From NCBI RefSeq assembly GCF_030684315.1, contig NC_081368.1:33289899-33353898 (forward strand): a stretch of 64,000 nucleotides of DNA, written 5' to 3'. Source of the DNA: Stegostoma tigrinum (taxonomy: Eukaryota). Below, in pieces: positions 36,476 to 48,350 of the stretch. The translations under genes and the position numbers were made by a program. Position 1 is the stretch's first letter; each line of letters starts with the position of its first letter. The notes under the pieces were generated by a model, which was given only the letters and a program-made list of their open reading frames with translations, had not been told where the DNA came from and did no database searches.

Positions 36476-37545
36476 TAGTCCTAGTAGTACTGTATTTCAC
36501 TTTTGTATTAATGTTTATACTTTTTCCTTAGTTCAGTACTGATATCCCTCTTTTTAAAAATTCTAAATGCAGTAAGAATGCTGTTTTGTTAGTAGGTGTG
36601 AATGATAATAAATCATCTACAGAAGGAGCAATTGTAATAATTAAGTCCGTTTATTTGCATAAGATACAGTCATTCAATATCTGAAGTGGATCCTGTATTT
36701 TGTGGAATACTTAGGAACAACATACCATTTCTTGCTAGCAATTGAAAAAAGGTGAAAACATAAATTTCATAACAATTTGTGGGTGTTATACTTTCTATTT
36801 TACCTACTGCACAAACTGTAAATATATTAAGGGAGGAGAAGTACTCCATTTTTTTCAGTGGAAGTCTCTTTATTCTCTTACCGTTCTCAGCCCTTTTATT
36901 TTCTTCCCACCTCATTCACCAACTACTGAATGGCATTGAGGTATCTAAAATAAATCTGAATTTTTCATGTGTAAACCTAAACAAAAAGGGCCCATTCATT
37001 AAATAGTTAAGCTAGGGCCCATAAAAATGTCATCAGGTACCTCAACTGTGGTAGGCATCACAATTCGGCCCTTTTTAGGTACCCACACATCGGCACTATG
37101 TATTAAATAAACAGACAATTACTTTACATCACATATCCTTTCTGATCTATAACTGCCTGAATATCTTAGAATTTACTCTGTTGTAAAATGTGTCATGTCT
37201 ATCAAAATTTTCCTTTAAATTATTCATGGAAGTATTTGTATAGTGTTGTGTACTATCTTCGAGTTAAATTAAGAAATTCTGCCAGCCAGAATACACCTAA
37301 ATTTCCCTTTTCCATACCACACAGCTGAAGCTTGTGAATTCCCTATGACTTAATAGATTGGACAATTCCAATCTGTAATAATAGTTAGTTTCATGACCAT
37401 TGAAGTAAAATGCCCCACCTCAGTCGATATTTGTTGCAGATGAAAATCACAATTTTAAAATTACACATTGTAAAGAAAGGTTTTTGGCTAAATTGATCTG
37501 AACTCTACTGAACGCAAACCATATATGTATGTAAAGACTCAACAG

Positions 37546-37682
37546 TCAACTCAGATGGTGCTTCACATAGTTTTTTAGAATTGGTGGTATGTCTAGCTGG
37601 TCAATGGAATGCAGTCCACTTGCTTCTTTGAGGTATTTGCGGATGGTTATCCTGGACAGTGACTTCAAGCACCTCGGCTGAG
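37546..37682 (-). CDS. ASB12: ASB12 terminal coding exon (SOCS box), not in the ORF track
   Basis: Acceptor tctttgattccag|ct. Phase-1 join gives (A)QPRCLKSLSRITIRKYLKEASGLHSIDQLDIPPILKNYVKHHLS*, a BC-box plus cullin-box pattern. 137 nt, frame-compatible with the upstream donor. Confidence 0.93.
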
Positions 37683-38108
37683 CTGGAATCAAAGATATGT
37701 TAGGTCAAATTTTTAGAGCAAAAGTATCAATAGCAATTGTGACAACTTTTTCTCAGTATTCAAACCCAGTTGTTGAATGTGAAGGTTTGATGGTATTTTA
37801 GTCTCCTGCACCAAGGTTAGGATCTGACATGATCTGAACTCGCTATTTCCAGGTTCTGTCCATGAGCACTGACTGTTACTCTAACCTCAGGGTGGGTATC
37901 AAGAGAGGAGTGTCTCATAGCGTGGTGTCCAGTATTTAAGTTTCAGTGTAATTACAGCTTTACGTGACTAAAGAATAACTAAGAGCATTGAATTGCCCCA
38001 TTTCCACCAACCTCTGAAGCAGACAGTTCCAGCATCATGCAATCTATGAAAAGAAAATAATTCTGTTATAGTGGTCTTTAAAGGGTGATCTCTAATTTTA
38101 AACCAGCA

Positions 38109-38385
38109 TCCCTAGTTCTAAGAGAAAAAGGTGTAGAGCTGGATGAACACAGCAGCCAGGTAGCATCAGAGGAGCGGGAAAGCTGACGTTTCGCGTCTGC
38201 ACCCTTCTTTGGAAAATTCTTCGAAAAGGGTCTTCGGACCCTTCATTTTTCTGAAGAAGGGTCCAGACCTGAAACGTCAGCTTTCCCGCTCTCTGATGCT
38301 GCCTGACCTGCTGTGTTCATCCAGCTATACACCTTGTTATCTCAGACTCTAGCATCGGCAGCTCCGGCTGTCTCCCTAGTTCTAA
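38109..38385. mobile_element. Second copy of the palindromic double-hammerhead element, 13-bp TSD
   Basis: TSD tccctagttctaa at 38109-38121 and 38373-38385. Inverted arms about 38128-38209 and 38254-38335. Core ctgaagaagggtccagacctgaaacgtc at 38251-38278 (+). Spacer resembles that of the 28.3-kb copy. Confidence 0.85.
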
Positions 38386-38473
38386 ACCACCCACAAAAAG
38401 AAACACGGTTTCCATGTGAACCTTGTCAAGACCATTCAGAATCTTATATACTTCAATCAAGTCGCTTCACACA

Positions 38474-38694
38474 TGTAGTGATGGGAATCAGCTACACCTT
38501 TTCGACTAAGAGATCCGTGATTAGGGTTGTTTAACCTGGGTCAATCAGGAAAGCCCTGGTTCACTAATATAACCAGGAGATGTAAAATTTCCTCAATTCA
38601 GAGGACTGACATTGAGCTGGCTGGCCACTGCCAGTATACTGTAAACAAATAAACAAAGGTGGTGACAGCATGCAGACTCTGTGTAATTATCTCA
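38474..38694 (+). mobile_element. Possible solo LTR of about 220 bp inserted in the CR1
   Basis: Starts TGTAGTG, ends TCTCA, with CAAT-like, TATA-like (taatataacc) and AATAAA motifs in LTR order. CR1 sequence resumes on both sides. No clean TSD. Confidence 0.45.
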
Positions 38695-39129
38695 ACTCTC
38701 TTCTAAACTCCAGTGCAAAAAGGCCCAGCCTGTTCAACCTATTCTCATAAGACAACCTGCTCAAACCTCTCTGAGCCAGCTTTACATATTTACATGAGTC
38801 CTTATATAAGGAGACCAAAACTGCACACTGTATTCAAAATGCTGTCACCAATGCTCTGGATAACAGGAGCACAACATTTTGACCCTTCGTTCAATTCTTC
38901 ATTGAACAAAACATAGTACTCCAATAGCTTTCTTGCTGTATCTGCTTACTAACTTGTTATGACTCATGCCTAGCTCTCCCCACACCCTAGAGTTTTTCAC
39001 CCATTCTCCCTTTAAATAATATTCTGCCTTTTTATCCTTCCTGCCAAAGTGAACAACTTCGTATTTTCCCCTAATATGCAAATGCCAGACCTTTGCCCAT
39101 TTGCTCAACTATTCACATCCATTTTTTTG

Positions 39130-39640
39130 CTTTTGTTTGATTTATTACCATCATGTGTACCAAGATACAGTAAAAAGAGTTGTTTTGCATGCCTTACAGG
39201 CAGATTGTAGCATACAAAGTGCATCAGATATCAGAACAGAGTATAGACTATAATGTTATAGCCGCAGAGAAGTTACAGTAGGATATCAGCATTAACATTT
39301 GAGAAGCATATTCAAAAGTATGATAACAGCAGGGAAGAAGCTGTTCTTGAATCTGTTTGTACATATATTCAAACTCTATATCTTCTGCCTGATGAAAGAG
39401 AGTGGAAAAGACTATAACCAGGGTGGGAGGAGTCTTTGATTATGCTGGTTTCTTTCTCGAGGAGTCAGCATATGTGAGGCTAGTTTGTGTGATGGACTGG
39501 ACTATGTTGATGACGCTTCGTAGTTTCTTGCGGTCTTGGGAAAAGCAGTTGCCATCCCAAGCTGTGATGCATCCAGATAGGATGCTTTGTGTGGTGCACC
39601 TATAAAAATTAGTAAGATTCTTTGTGGACATACCAAATTT
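39130..39640 (-). mobile_element. Rex1/Babar-type LINE 3' fragment
   Basis: ORF 39440-39727 RKFGMSTKNLTNFYRCTTQSILSGCITAWDGNC resembles the DUF1891-type C-terminus of Rex1/Babar ORF2. Confidence 0.8.
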
Positions 39641-39799
39641 CCTTTCAAAAATGTAGTCATGTGTATCCGCATGGGTACCAGCTATGTCTGTTAATTTATA
39701 GGTTGTGTGGAACATTCCCTTTTCCATCCCGCATCAGACCCTATCCCAGCTCTTTCTCCAGTACATCAAAACGTCTATGCTGTTGCTTTCTGCAGTTAC

Positions 39800-40880
39800 C
39801 TTGATTACACTTTATCGTACCCTGCATCAATTCAGTTCCATTCATCCAGTTTCTCTGGCTGAGTCATATCTAATCTGATGATGCTGTCTTCTAATGGGCT
39901 GCTTTCAATATGACTTCTTTTTGCTTCAACCAAGGATTTCCCCCATTGTGGTTGACAAGCCTCTCCATTATGTCTGACATATCTTCCATATTTCTGCCCT
40001 CACCCATTCACTTCCTGGACAGAACAACAATAGTGTTCCCTTGCCCTCACTTTCTATCCCACTAGTCTCTGTACTCAAAAGATCATATTCCATCATTTCT
40101 GCCAAATCCAGTGGGATGCCACTACCAAACTCAGCTCCCCCTCCCCTCCTGTGTCAGTGTTCTGTGGGGTCTATTCCCTCTGGGACACCCTTTTCTGTTC
40201 CTCCATCAGTCCTAACACCTCCTAATTCCCACATAGCACCCTTCCATCTAATCGCAAAAGGCGTAATACTCGGTCATTCACTTCTGCCCCCCTCAATGTC
40301 CAGAGCCCCAAACACACCTTCCAGGTAAAGCTGCCTTCTTTCAATCTAGTTTACTTCATTTGTTGTTCACAATGAGGTGGTCTTTACAATGGCAAGACCA
40401 ACACAGACTGGGCATCAGTTCTGCAACGCACCACCTTCTGTCCATAGGTTTGACCCTGACCTCCCAATTGCTAGCCATGTAAGTTCTGTCCTGGGATTGT
40501 TGCAATGTTCCAATGAAGCACAATGCAAACTCAAAGAACAATACCTCATTTTCTGCCTATGCGCATTACAGCCTTGAGATTCTTAGAAACTGACTGCATG
40601 TTGTCTGTTCTCCATTTTTCTTACATTCTCTTCCTGTCCTCCTACGCCCCCCCCAACCCCCACTTCCCCCAATAACATCATTTTTGTGTCTTTCTTTTCC
40701 TTTACACTTCGTAGAAAGAACCAATTCTCTCCCTTTCACACCTTAATTCACACCCATTTTACATCTCCATTTCCTTCCTTTACTATTGATAACACCTTTG
40801 TCTTTTGCACCAAGCTTCTATGCCATCTGTCCCCTTGGCCCTCTATCTTTATCAAAAGTATAAAAAAAGGCCTATTTTGC
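39800..40880 (+). mobile_element. Decayed Neptune-like Penelope element (linker, Cys motif and GIY-YIG remnants)
   Basis: Frameshifted translation: VPLALTFYPTSLCTQKIIFHHF, FPSNRKRRNT, NLVYFICCSQ*GGLYNGKT, PDLPIASH, SVLGLLQCSNEAQCKLKEQYLIF. Confidence 0.75.
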
Positions 40881-40884
40881 AACA

Positions 40885-42535
40885 GTGTCATGGACTTGTA
40901 CAGCACGGAAACAGACAGTTCAGTTCAACTCATCCACACTGACCAGATATCCTACATTGATCTGGTCCCATTCGCCAGCATTTGGCCCATATCGCTCTAA
41001 ACCCTTCCTATTCATCAGGTGCCTTCTAAATGCTGTAATTGTACCATCCTTCACCACTTCCCCTGGCATTTCATTTCATACATGCTCCACCCTCTGCATG
41101 AAAATGTTGCCCCTTAGGTCCCTTTTATGTCTTAGCCCTGTCATCTTAAACCTATGCCCTTTAGTTTTGGAATCCTCTACCCTGGTAAAAAGACCTTGCC
41201 TATTTATCTTATCTATGCCCCTCATGATTTTATAATACTCTCTAAAATCAACCCTCAGCCTCTGATGCTCCAGGGAAAATAGCCCCGGCCTATTCAGCTT
41301 TGCCCTTTAGCTCAAACCTTCTAGCTCCAGCAACCGTTTCAAGTTTAACAGCATCTTTCCTATAACAGGGAGACCCGAATTGAATGCAGTATTCCAAAAG
41401 TGGTCTAACAAATGTCCTTTACCAACGCAACATGACATCCCAACTTCTGTACTCAATGTACTGTACGATACAGGCAAGTGTACCAAAGGCCTTCCTCACT
41501 ACCCTGTCTATCAGTGATTCACTTTCAAGGAACTATGAACCTGCACCCCAAGGTCTCTTTGTTTGACAACAGTCCCCAGGATCCTACTATTAAGTGTATA
41601 AGTCCTGCCCTGGTTTGCCTTACCAAATGCACCACCTCACATCTATCTAAATTAAACTCCTTGAGCCCCACTGATCAATGTCCAGTTGAACTCCGAGATA
41701 ACCTTCTTCACTGTCCATTATATCACCAATTGTGGTGTCATCTGCAAACTTACTAACGATTCCTGCTATATTCACATCCAAATCATTTAAATAACTGACA
41801 AAAAGCAATGGACCCAGCACCCATCCTTGCGGCACATCACTGGTCACAGGCCTTCAGTCTGAAAAACAAGTCTCCACCACCATCCTCTGTCTCCGATCTT
41901 CAGGCCAATTTTGCATTCAAATGGCTATATCTCCCTGGATTTACCTTGATAACCAATCTACCATGCAGAACCTTGTTGAGCACCTTAATAAAGTGCATAT
42001 AGACAATATCCACTGCTCTGCCTTCATCATTCTTCTTTGTCACGCCTTTAAAAACCTCAATCATGTTAGTGAGACGTGATTTCTCACGCACAAAGCCATG
42101 TTGACTATCTCTAAACAGCCCTTGCCTTTCCAAATACATGCAAACCGTGTCCCTCAGGATTCCCTCCACAGGTTACCTACTGCTGATGTCAAGCTCACTG
42201 GTCTGTAGTTCCCTGGCTTTTCCTTACCACCTTTCTTAAATAATGGCATCACATTAGCCACCCTCCAGTCTTCCAGCACCACACCTGTTGCTGTCAATGA
42301 TACAAATATTTCAGAAAGGAGCTCAGAGATCACTTCCCTAGCTTCCCACAAAGCTCTGGGATGTATCTGATCAGGTCCCAGAGATTTATCTACATTTATG
42401 CATTTTAAGACATCCAGCACCTCCTCCTCTATAATGTGGACACTTTTCAACAATATATATTTCTCCACGTTCTCTAGCTTCTATATCCTTCTCCACAGTA
42501 AATACTAACATGAAATACTTGCTTAGTATCTCACC
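40885..42535 (-). mobile_element. CR1 ORF2 3' half with internal deletions
   Basis: ORFs 42154-42468 (KSLGPDQIHP, NYRPVSLTS), 41900-42169 (SQHGF) and 41647-41847 (VPQGWVLGPLLF, SKFADDT); CR1 3' UTR near 40890-41000. Confidence 0.92.
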
Positions 42536-42536
42536 A

Positions 42537-42640
42537 GTCTGTTCTGATGAAGAGTCATACTGGACTTGAAATGTTAACTATTTCTCTCCACAGATATTGC
42601 CAAACTAACTGAGTTTATCCAGTATTCTCTGTTTGATGTC
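42537..42640 (+). mobile_element. PLE pLTR end with hammerhead-like core (42544-42575); probably the displaced 3' end of the Neptune-like element
   Basis: CTGATGA-a-gagtc-atactg-gactt-GAAA-tgtt followed by the family body; a more decayed copy lies at about 42830-42960. Confidence 0.6.
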
Positions 42641-43348
42641 ATCCACAACTTTAATTATCAGGCTTTCATACCCTTTGTCTAAGTCATTGATATAAAATTT
42701 AAAATATTAAGGCCCCATCGCATATACCTGTGGACCTCCATTTGTCAAATGCTGCCAATCAGATAAGGATTCATTTATGCTTATTTTCTGTTTTCCCTCA
42801 GACAGCCAATCTTCTACCTTCCATCTTCAGTTCAGAAGAATAATATTGGACTCAAAATGCTAACTCTGTTTCTCCCTCCACAGATGCTGCCAGACATATT
42901 AAGCTCCTTCAGCATTTTCTCTTTTAATTTCAGCTATCCAGCAGTACTCTGCTTTTATTCAATGTTGAATCCATGCTAATATATTACCATGCACCATGGG
43001 GAAATCTTATAGGAATTCTTAATCCTTAATACATACAGAGCTACTCTGCAGATATGCAATAATGTGCAAAATTTCAATTATAATTTTGGTTTTAATTAAT
43101 TACCACCGTCATCTCTACAATAGTTAAATTCCTGTTAGCAACAAATGAGAGTGATTCTTCCTGTTGTTTTTGTTGAAATAGTTTTTTGTTTGAAAGTGAG
43201 AAGATGGATTTTTCACTTTTATACTAGCTTGCCATTTTATAAAAAAAAACATAAATATTTGTTAGTTACTGTTCAATGAATGCACCAGATCTGCTACTTA
43301 ACTGTATGACTTTTTAATATAAAAAGGACAATTAAATTGTATGCTTAC

Positions 43349-44165
43349 CTCTGGCTCTATCCACAAGTTTAAGCACTTCACTTTGCTTTATACTTTTATT
43401 TGCAGACAGATCCGGCAAATAAGGGTTTGCTCCAAAGTCTATGAGCAGCTGAACGTACTCAGTTCCACAGCCATATTTAAAACACATCTCCAGAGCTGTC
43501 TTTGGTGATTTAATTCTAGACAGTAGTTTTTCCTCAGTGCAGTTAAAATCTGGATTGGCTCCATAGAGAAGAAGAAGACGAAAGCAGTCAAAGTGTCCAT
43601 AAACCAAAGAAAGGTAGAGAGGACCACTGGTAGCACAGGGATTGTAGGCCCAATTCGGCATCTTGGAGCGAACATTGACTTCTGCTCCATGATCCAACAG
43701 TTCCTTTAAAATCTCCACATCCCCTTCTCTGGCAGCAATCAAAAGAGGTGAGCTGTTGTTATACATACTACCATTAGGATTAGCTCCAGCCCTTAGCAAG
43801 GCTTGGACACAATCTAAATGCTTACCACTGACAGCGGTGAATAAAGGTGTTTGAGCTTTCACATCTAAACCATCCACCTCAGCACCATGGGCTAGGAGGA
43901 CCTCCAGGCATTTCAGGTGACCCCGGGTAGCTGCTAGACGTAGAGGGGTTACTGGAACACCCCACCCACTTCGGCTATTGATAAATCTCCTGTACTTTTC
44001 CTGGGATAAAAGTTCAGCTAGTAGTTTGTCATCATTGTTGGAAATTGCTTGGTTTAACTGACTTCTTTCTCCATTATCATCTTCATCCGTTGGCTGGAAC
44101 ATGGAAAATATCTTCGTAATATCCACAAGGCTCATTTTGGCAGGCCACATAATATCCAGTTCCAT
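43349..44165 (-). CDS. ASB12: Ankyrin repeat and SOCS box protein 12, main coding exon
   Basis: AKMSLVDITKIFS, FINSRSGWGVPVTPLRLAA, DVKAQTPLFTAVS and GPLYLSLVYGHFDCFRLLL are recognisable ASB12 sequence. The track ORF starts at a TTG; likely ATGs are 44165 or 44135. Donor AGAG|gtaagc at 43348; the track's GKHTI tail is intron read-through. Spliced product about 317 aa. Confidence 0.96.
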
Positions 44166-44455
44166 GTTAATGAAAGATGACCCTCTCAATTGCAGTCACA
44201 ACCCGACATAATTCACTCCAGTCACTCGTTAAAGTTTGCTGATTTTTAGTATAGTTAATAATGCAAAAAAGCAGGAATGAAGTTAGGCAACAGAATATTC
44301 TACTGCCTCTCCACTGATTTAGTCACGTGTAGGATTCTCAGATCTACTTTAGTAACCAAATAATCAAAGCCTTAAGTTGATCCAAACAACTTCTTCCGTC
44401 TAGTCATCTATCCAAATATCACAGCAAGTGTGTCTGTGCAGAGAAACCGAGGATA

Positions 44456-44469
44456 GGCTAAATTTAGCC
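44456..44469. promoter_or_regulatory. Consensus MEF2 site upstream of the ASB12 start
   Basis: Palindrome ggCTAAATTTAGcc matches YTA(A/T)4TAR; E-boxes nearby (caagtg about 44425, cacgtg about 44324). Confidence 0.4.
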
Positions 44470-46312
44470 CTGATGTCCTTCCTTACTTGGTCAGCCCTAC
44501 CAGTGAGGGTAAATATAGATAGGTAACAATGTGTGGCTGTGACTGTTTGAGAAAAAGCAGTGGAGGGCATTTAAGAGACTGAAGTGTAAAAAGACAAATT
44601 TGTCAAATTGCAAATAGATGACATTAAAATAAAATTTGTAACATCAAAATGGATGTGGAAACATTGTCATTAACTCTAAGTAAAATAAATTGACCACATC
44701 TGAGTACTCATAAAAAGAAGTTTGTGAGGCTTATTTACTGTTATAGTCCTAAGCAGTATAATTACAGAGTTAGTTCCCAATCTAACTCAGGAATGCAGCA
44801 GTGTGAAAGCTTCTTGGAAAGTGTACTTGCACTGCTTCTGTTTCGTTCATTTCCCTGGCAACAGTCCAAGAATATGCCAGTCTGTTTGCTATTGCGGTGT
44901 TACGTTTGATCCTGAGATCGGTTCTGGCTTCCTGTTTTTAATATCAGTAATATCTTTGCCTTTCTTTACTGAAATCATTATCCTTCATTATCACAAGGCC
45001 TGACTATTCCAGTGCACTTCTGGCCAGACTTCGTATTCTACCCTGTGTAAACTTGATGGAACCCATTCTCAGATGCTGCTGCCTTAACCCTCAGGTAGTT
45101 CCACTCCACTGACATTCATCACTGATATTCATTAGCTCTTTATGAATGTCATGCTACATCTTGGCATAAATTTGTCATGAACATTGTGAGGTCATCCAAT
45201 CCCACAACCCTTGTTCACCCTTCCTCCAGTTCTGTGCTCTTCTCCATTTCCAATTATACCTCCTTATGATAGGAGGCAGTACCTTCAGTTTCCTGGACCC
45301 AAGGTCTAGACTACCCTCCCTGCACTTATCCATCTCACATTCCTCCTTTTAAATAATCCTCTCCATTCTACCTCTGAAGAAGCTTTTGATTGAATAACAC
45401 AAGGGGATGTTATGTCAGGCAATGTCATACTTTGTTTTATAACATCCCCAGTAAGTGCCTTGGGACATTTCTTTATCTTACAAGGCGCTACGTAAATATA
45501 ACTTGTTGCTGTTCAACTTATGACATTTTACTAAGTCTTCCAGTCTCTAGATCATTGAAGACTGAACTTATAATGAATAGTATGCATTGGGATGCTGTGG
45601 AAGTACTGTTGAAGGGACTTGCAAGGGAATTGCCCAAGAAGCTTAACAGTGTAATGGGTCAGTCCCTACTGCCCAGGAAACTGCTTGAAATTTTCCATCT
45701 CTAAGCTTACACAGAGACTTGGGGACAAATATGTGCAATTTATCTTGATATAAGTTAATGAAATGTTAGACAGATAAAAACCTAGACTAACACCTGAATA
45801 ATTCCATAATTGACATTCCCTCAAATCATTTATCTGAAGTACTTGGCTACCTCCGTACGACAGCACTTACAACGATTCCCCTGCCATGTAACTAACCCCC
45901 AACTACCCGATTACGCTTGAACCATCCAAAAACCCAACTCGAGTAAGCACTCCTCAACTTGACCCAACTAGGCCCGAGAACCCAAATACCCACCTCACAA
46001 CTCACAGAAAATGGTCTTGCTCTATCAATAAACAGGCAATCTGTGAAAAAAAAATAACCCTGCATCTTGTGGTTTATTCCCCTTTGTGCTTTCAGGTTTC
46101 CTTCTTCCTACAATAGTCAACTTAGTTGATGTGTCAAGATACTGCCATGTCCCATTTTATAGTGCAACGCGGTATTGCAAAATGCTAAAAAAAAGTGTCA
46201 ATTTACAAAGATCGTAAGTTGACAATGGTGTCTGCATTTAGATTCAGTTGTGTTTTCTCAGGTTTGTACTAATAAATAATGAAGTAGGTTGGCAAAAAAC
46301 TACTTCGTCATT

Positions 46313-46460
46313 TAAAGCAAAATACTGTGGATGTTGGAAATCTGACATAAAGAGAGAAAATGCTGGAGAAACCCAGGCAGGTCTAGCAGCATCTGTGGGA
46401 GAGAAAAACAGTTTATGTTTTAAGTCCAATAACACTTCCAGCATTCTCTGTTTTTGTTTT
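46313..46460 (-). mobile_element. Short PLE-derived repeat with an inverted 5' piece
   Basis: Family body on the minus strand followed by ttccagcattctctgtttttgtttt in the opposite orientation. Confidence 0.6.
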
Positions 46461-47454
46461 AAAACTCTTCTCATGTTGGCATCTATATGTTTAGCAAAGT
46501 TGCTCGAGTTAAAGAATTTCTTTCTCATCCACTTCCAAGTTTGGGTCATAGATGTAATTGCATTGATTTATTCTGATCACCCTATTCCTTTTATTTTAGC
46601 ATTATTTTGTTTTCTAGGGGGACATTCTTTGCTTCAGAATCCCATACACTAAATCCTTCACAACTTGATTGCTGAATATCAGTATCTTTAGTGGAGTCAT
46701 TTTTGTTCAATATGATATATGGCCTTAACGGCAGCAAACAGCCTTCAAAAACTGTCACTGTGGAAATCCTGATGTACGAACCTGGTCCGACACCAGTAAA
46801 ATATGATAATTTATGGAGCCGTTATGGCCAAATCAGCTCTTCTGTTTGGAGGCAGTGCCCAGTGATTAATAACTCCAGCAATACTACGCCCTAGCTACCA
46901 CATTCATCATTTTTATAGGATCCTTGTATGGAATACTTCAATTCATGGATTGTGTTCATACAACTTCCTCCTGTGCTTTCTATACAGAAGAAAATGTACG
47001 TGCTTCTTCCAAAAACAACAATGAGTGGCACCCTGCCTGTGAGATAATTTCAAAGCTGCCAGCTGTCTCATTGTGTGGAAAAGAAAACATGCAGTGCCTG
47101 TGGACTCTCAACAGTAAGGTCTAGATGAGTGATGGGAATGTTTGTTTAAGTTGTTCAGGCTTAGACAGTAAATGCCATTACATTTTGCAATTTCAGAACG
47201 ATGAGCTACTTTTAATTTTATCTTTTTATAATCAGTCCACAGCTGCCTTTCACATATCTGAGCTGGTGTAGACCACAATTTGAACAACATGCAAAACAAC
47301 CAAAAATGCACTGAATCAAGATTTGCATTCTTTGCTGCGGCAGAGAACTCTTTACATGTACTTATTCTTTAGTAAAATTAGATTCTTGGGCCAGAAATTT
47401 AATACTTTGAAAGGGTTGGAAATATTTCCTTTTACTGTTTAAAAATTAAAACCA

Positions 47455-48060
47455 GCCTAAGGAACGCTTCAACATCAAGTTACCTTACATCAGGAACACA
47501 TCTGAACTGACCACAAGACTCCGACGACCACTGGGCATCAGAGTAACACACAAACCCACATCAACCCTACAACAATGTTCACTCAAACCAAAAGACCCAC
47601 GACGAACAGGACCAATGTCATATACAAGATTCTCTGCAGAGACTGTGACAAACATTACACTGGACAAACAAGAAGGAAATTAACAAGGGTACACGAACAT
47701 CAATTAGCTGCAAAAAGACATGACCAATGCTCACTCATCTCTATCCACATGGATAAGGAGAACCACCCATTTGACTGGGACAACACCAAGATCCTGGGAC
47801 ATGCAAAGCAGAGACAAGCACAGGAATTCTTAGAAGCCTGGTACTCCACAAAGGAAACCATCAACAAACACATAGAGCTCGACACCCATATACACTCCAT
47901 TGTGAAGGGAAACCGGAAGTGAAGTAATCCAGCTCAACGGACTCCAGAGTTCAAATAACAGGCGCTTCATCGGAGGCTGCACTGATGATGTTACCCAGTA
48001 GGGTAATGAAACGTCTGTGGAGAAACAACAAACCAGCCTAGCGAGCCAACCAACCACAAA
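47455..48060 (+). mobile_element. Penelope-like element 3' part: GIY-YIG endonuclease remnant + pLTR
   Basis: ORF 47575-47922 NVIYKILCRDCDKHYTGQTRRKLTRVHEH...EFLEAWYS...INKH is a PLE-type GIY-YIG with CxxC. Confidence 0.9.
47977..48020 (+). ncRNA. Minimal type I hammerhead ribozyme motif (best-formed in the window)
   Basis: ctgca-CTGATGA-t-gttaccc-agta-gggtaat-GAAAC-GTC-tgtgg: 7-bp stem II, 5-bp stem I with G-U pairs, GUC cleavage triplet ending at 48015. Confidence 0.8.
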
Positions 48061-48069
48061 AGAAACAAT

Positions 48070-48350
48070 TACGGGACATTGATTTAAAGTGATATGTAAA
48101 CAAAGCCGGGGTGATGCGAGATAAAGGTCTTTTTCATAAAGTTACTGATCAGGAAATGGAATGCATTGCCTGGAAATGTGGTGGAGATAGGTTCAATTGA
48201 GGCAGTCAAGAAGGCATTAGTTTTTTTTCTGGGTCATAATAGTATGCTGGGTTATGGGGTAAAGATAGGAGACTGGCACGAGATTACAGAGCCAGAGCAG
48301 GCATGGTGGGCTGAATGGCTTCCTTCCATACTATAATTATTAATGGTTCT
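48070..48350 (+). mobile_element. CR1 3' end
   Basis: gggacattgatttaaagtg...tggaatgcattgcctg (WNALP)...gggctgaatggcttccttcc. Confidence 0.7.

Larger units (their letters stand above)
37990..39112 (-). mobile_element. Old CR1 3' fragment hosting nested inserts (ASB12 intron)
   Basis: ORF 38899-39108 KWAKVW...KYEVVHFGRK; ggagaccaaaactgcacactgtattc; cttctaaactccagtg. Confidence 0.75.

Noticed and set aside
43332-44189. ORF-track 285-aa protein as the complete ASB12
   Set aside because: It starts at a TTG and runs past the donor at 43348; the true C-terminal SOCS box is on the exon at 37546-37682.
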